Of a stretch of DNA of 64,000 bases, positions 62,276-64,000 are shown piece by piece. The first letter of the stretch is position 1. The number at the start of each line of letters is the position of its first letter. Origin of the DNA: an uncultured Gammaproteobacteria bacterium (GTDB lineage Bacteria; Pseudomonadota; Gammaproteobacteria; DATFLG01); assembly GCA_964571225.1 (NCBI GenBank), contig CAZNBB010000002.1, positions 7,421 to 71,420 of the forward strand, written 5' to 3'. The notes under the pieces were generated by a model, which was given only the letters and a program-made list of their open reading frames with translations, did not search any database and was not told where the DNA came from. A program made the position numbers and the translations under genes.

Positions 62276-63991
62276 ATGCGCGTATCCCAGTTCCCTCTGT
62301 CCACCGTCAAGGAAACCCCCGCCGACGCGGAAATCGTCAGCCACCAGCTGATGCTGCGCGCCGGTATGATCCGCAAGCTGGCGGCGGGGGTCTACAGTTG
62401 GCTGCCCCTGGGGCTGCGCGTGCTGCGCAAGGCCGAAGCCATCGTGCGCGAGGAGATGAACCGCGCCGGAGGCCTGGAACTGCTGATGCCGGCGGTGCAG
62501 CCCGCCGAGCTGTGGCAGGAATCCGGACGCTGGGAGCAGTACGGCCCCGAACTGCTGCGCCTGCGGGACCGCCATGAGCGCGAGTTCTGCTTCGGCCCCA
62601 CCCATGAGGAAGTGATCACCGACCTGGTGCGCCGGGAGATCCGCAGCTACAAGCAGCTGCCGCTGAACTTCTACCAGATTCAGACCAAGTTCCGCGACGA
62701 AATCCGGCCCCGCTTCGGGATCATGCGCGCCCGAGAGTTTCTCATGAAGGACGCCTATTCGTTTCATGCCGACGCCGAATCCCTGCAGGCGACCTATGAG
62801 GTCATGTACGACACCTACAGCCGCATCTTCAGACGGCTGGGGCTGGAGTTCCGGGCGGTGCTGGCGGACACCGGTTCCATCGGCGGCCATGCCTCCCATG
62901 AATTCCATGTGCTGGCCGAATCCGGGGAGGACGCCATCGCGTTTTCCGATGCCGGCGACTACGCCGCCAATGTGGAACTGGCCGAGGCGCTGGCGCCGGC
63001 CGGCGAGCGCCCGAGCCCCTACACGGTGATGGAAACCGTGGACACCCCCGGCCAGCACACCATCGAGCAGCTCAGCGCTTTCCTCAAGCTGGAGGCGCAC
63101 CAATGCGTGAAGACCCTGATGCTGCAGGGGAGCGACAACGGCGTGGTGGCCCTGGTGCTGCGCGGCGATCACGAGCTCAACGCGGTGAAAGCTGAAAAGC
63201 TGGATGCAGTGGCCGCCCCGCTGACCTTCGCCACCGAGGCACAGATCCGCGCAGCGGTGGGCTGCTCGCCGGGGTCCCTGGGGCCGGTGGGCCTCACCAT
63301 CCCCGTGTACGCCGACCGGGCCGCCGCCCATCTGGCCGACTTCGTATGCGGCGCCAACGAGGACGGCAAGCATCTGACCGGCGTGAACTGGGGCCGGGAC
63401 CTGCCCGAACCGACCGTGGTGGACATCCGCAACGTAGTGGCCGGCGATCCGAGCCCGGACGGTCACGGTGCGCTCGCCATCGCCCGGGGTATCGAGGTGG
63501 GCCATATCTTCCAGCTCGGGGAGAAATACAGCCGGGCCATGGGCGCCACGGTGCTGGACGAACAGGGGCGGGAGGTGACCATGGCCATGGGCTGCTACGG
63601 GATCGGCGTGTCCCGGGTGGTGGCCGCCGCCATCGAGCAGAACCATGACGACAACGGCATCCGTTGGCCGGCGCCCATCGCGCCCTTCCAGGTGGCCCTG
63701 CTGCCGATGAACGCCAAGAAGTCCCAGCGGGTGCGCGAGGCCGCCGAGGCCCTGTACGGCCAGTTGCAGGACGCCGGTCTGGACGTTCTGTTCGACGACC
63801 GGGACGTGCGTCCCGGAGTCATGTTCGCCGACATGGAGCTGATCGGCATTCCGTACCGGGTGGTGGTGGGCGAGAAGAACCTGGACCAGGACCGGGTGGA
63901 GTTCAAGGCCCGCCACGAGGGGGAATCCCAGACCGTCGGACTGGCCGAGATCGCGGCATACCTCAAGGAAAGGGTCGCAGCCGCCGACTAA
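62276..63991 (+). CDS. proS: Proline--tRNA ligase
   Basis: 571 aa. [46 protein letters not shown]... (class II with an INS editing domain). Confidence 0.95.
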   Translation: MRVSQFPLSTVKETPADAEIVSHQLMLRAGMIRKLAAGVYSWLPLGLRVLRKAEAIVREEMNRAGGLELLMPAVQPAELWQESGRWEQYGPELLRLRDRHEREFCFGPTHEEVITDLVRREIRSYKQLPLNFYQIQTKFRDEIRPRFGIMRAREFLMKDAYSFHADAESLQATYEVMYDTYSRIFRRLGLEFRAVLADTGSIGGHASHEFHVLAESGEDAIAFSDAGDYAANVELAEALAPAGERPSPYTVMETVDTPGQHTIEQLSAFLKLEAHQCVKTLMLQGSDNGVVALVLRGDHELNAVKAEKLDAVAAPLTFATEAQIRAAVGCSPGSLGPVGLTIPVYADRAAAHLADFVCGANEDGKHLTGVNWGRDLPEPTVVDIRNVVAGDPSPDGHGALAIARGIEVGHIFQLGEKYSRAMGATVLDEQGREVTMAMGCYGIGVSRVVAAAIEQNHDDNGIRWPAPIAPFQVALLPMNAKKSQRVREAAEALYGQLQDAGLDVLFDDRDVRPGVMFADMELIGIPYRVVVGEKNLDQDRVEFKARHEGESQTVGLAEIAAYLKERVAAAD

Positions 63992-64000
63992 CCTGCACGG

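Overview
The window is a high-GC (~65%) gammaproteobacterial chromosome segment, dense with housekeeping genes on both strands. No transposases, integrases, CRISPR arrays or rRNA genes were seen. Several syntenies are classic for Gammaproteobacteria: zwf and a gnd-like gene, pcnB-folK-(dNK)-panB-panC-panD, lptF-lptG divergent from pepA-holC-valS, tsaB-less rimI-udg, ilvI-ilvH-ilvC and proS. One tRNA-Glu(CUC) is present. The main accessory content, in window order, is: (i) a complete arn (lipid A L-Ara4N modification) operon in the order arnT-arnB-arnC-arnA(FT)-arnA(DH)-arnD, with ArnA split into separate formyltransferase and dehydrogenase genes; (ii) a tandem triplet of paralogous ~110-aa proteins of unknown function directly downstream on the opposite strand; (iii) an Rpf-like signalling module comprising an HD-GYP response regulator, a membrane protein with a degenerate Hpt domain, and a hybrid histidine kinase that shares a membrane domain with the Hpt protein; (iv) the most interesting locus, a Slam-like TPR plus beta-barrel outer-membrane protein adjacent to a secreted, non-lipidated protein carrying a TbpB/HpuA-type C-terminal barrel signature, which looks like a hemophore-like cargo. 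The two genes are separated by a sharply AT-rich ~290-bp spacer. The Slam-like gene is divergent from a LapG-like periplasmic transglutaminase-like cysteine protease gene, which is followed by a membrane HD-GYP phosphodiesterase with a large periplasmic sensor domain. Many very long ORFs in the six-frame track (for example 4084..6438 -, 12055..13473 -, 46894..49476 +) are antisense high-GC artefacts. All functional calls are by eye from the translated ORFs and motifs; no database search was run. My hand-counted positions may be off by about 1 nt in places.
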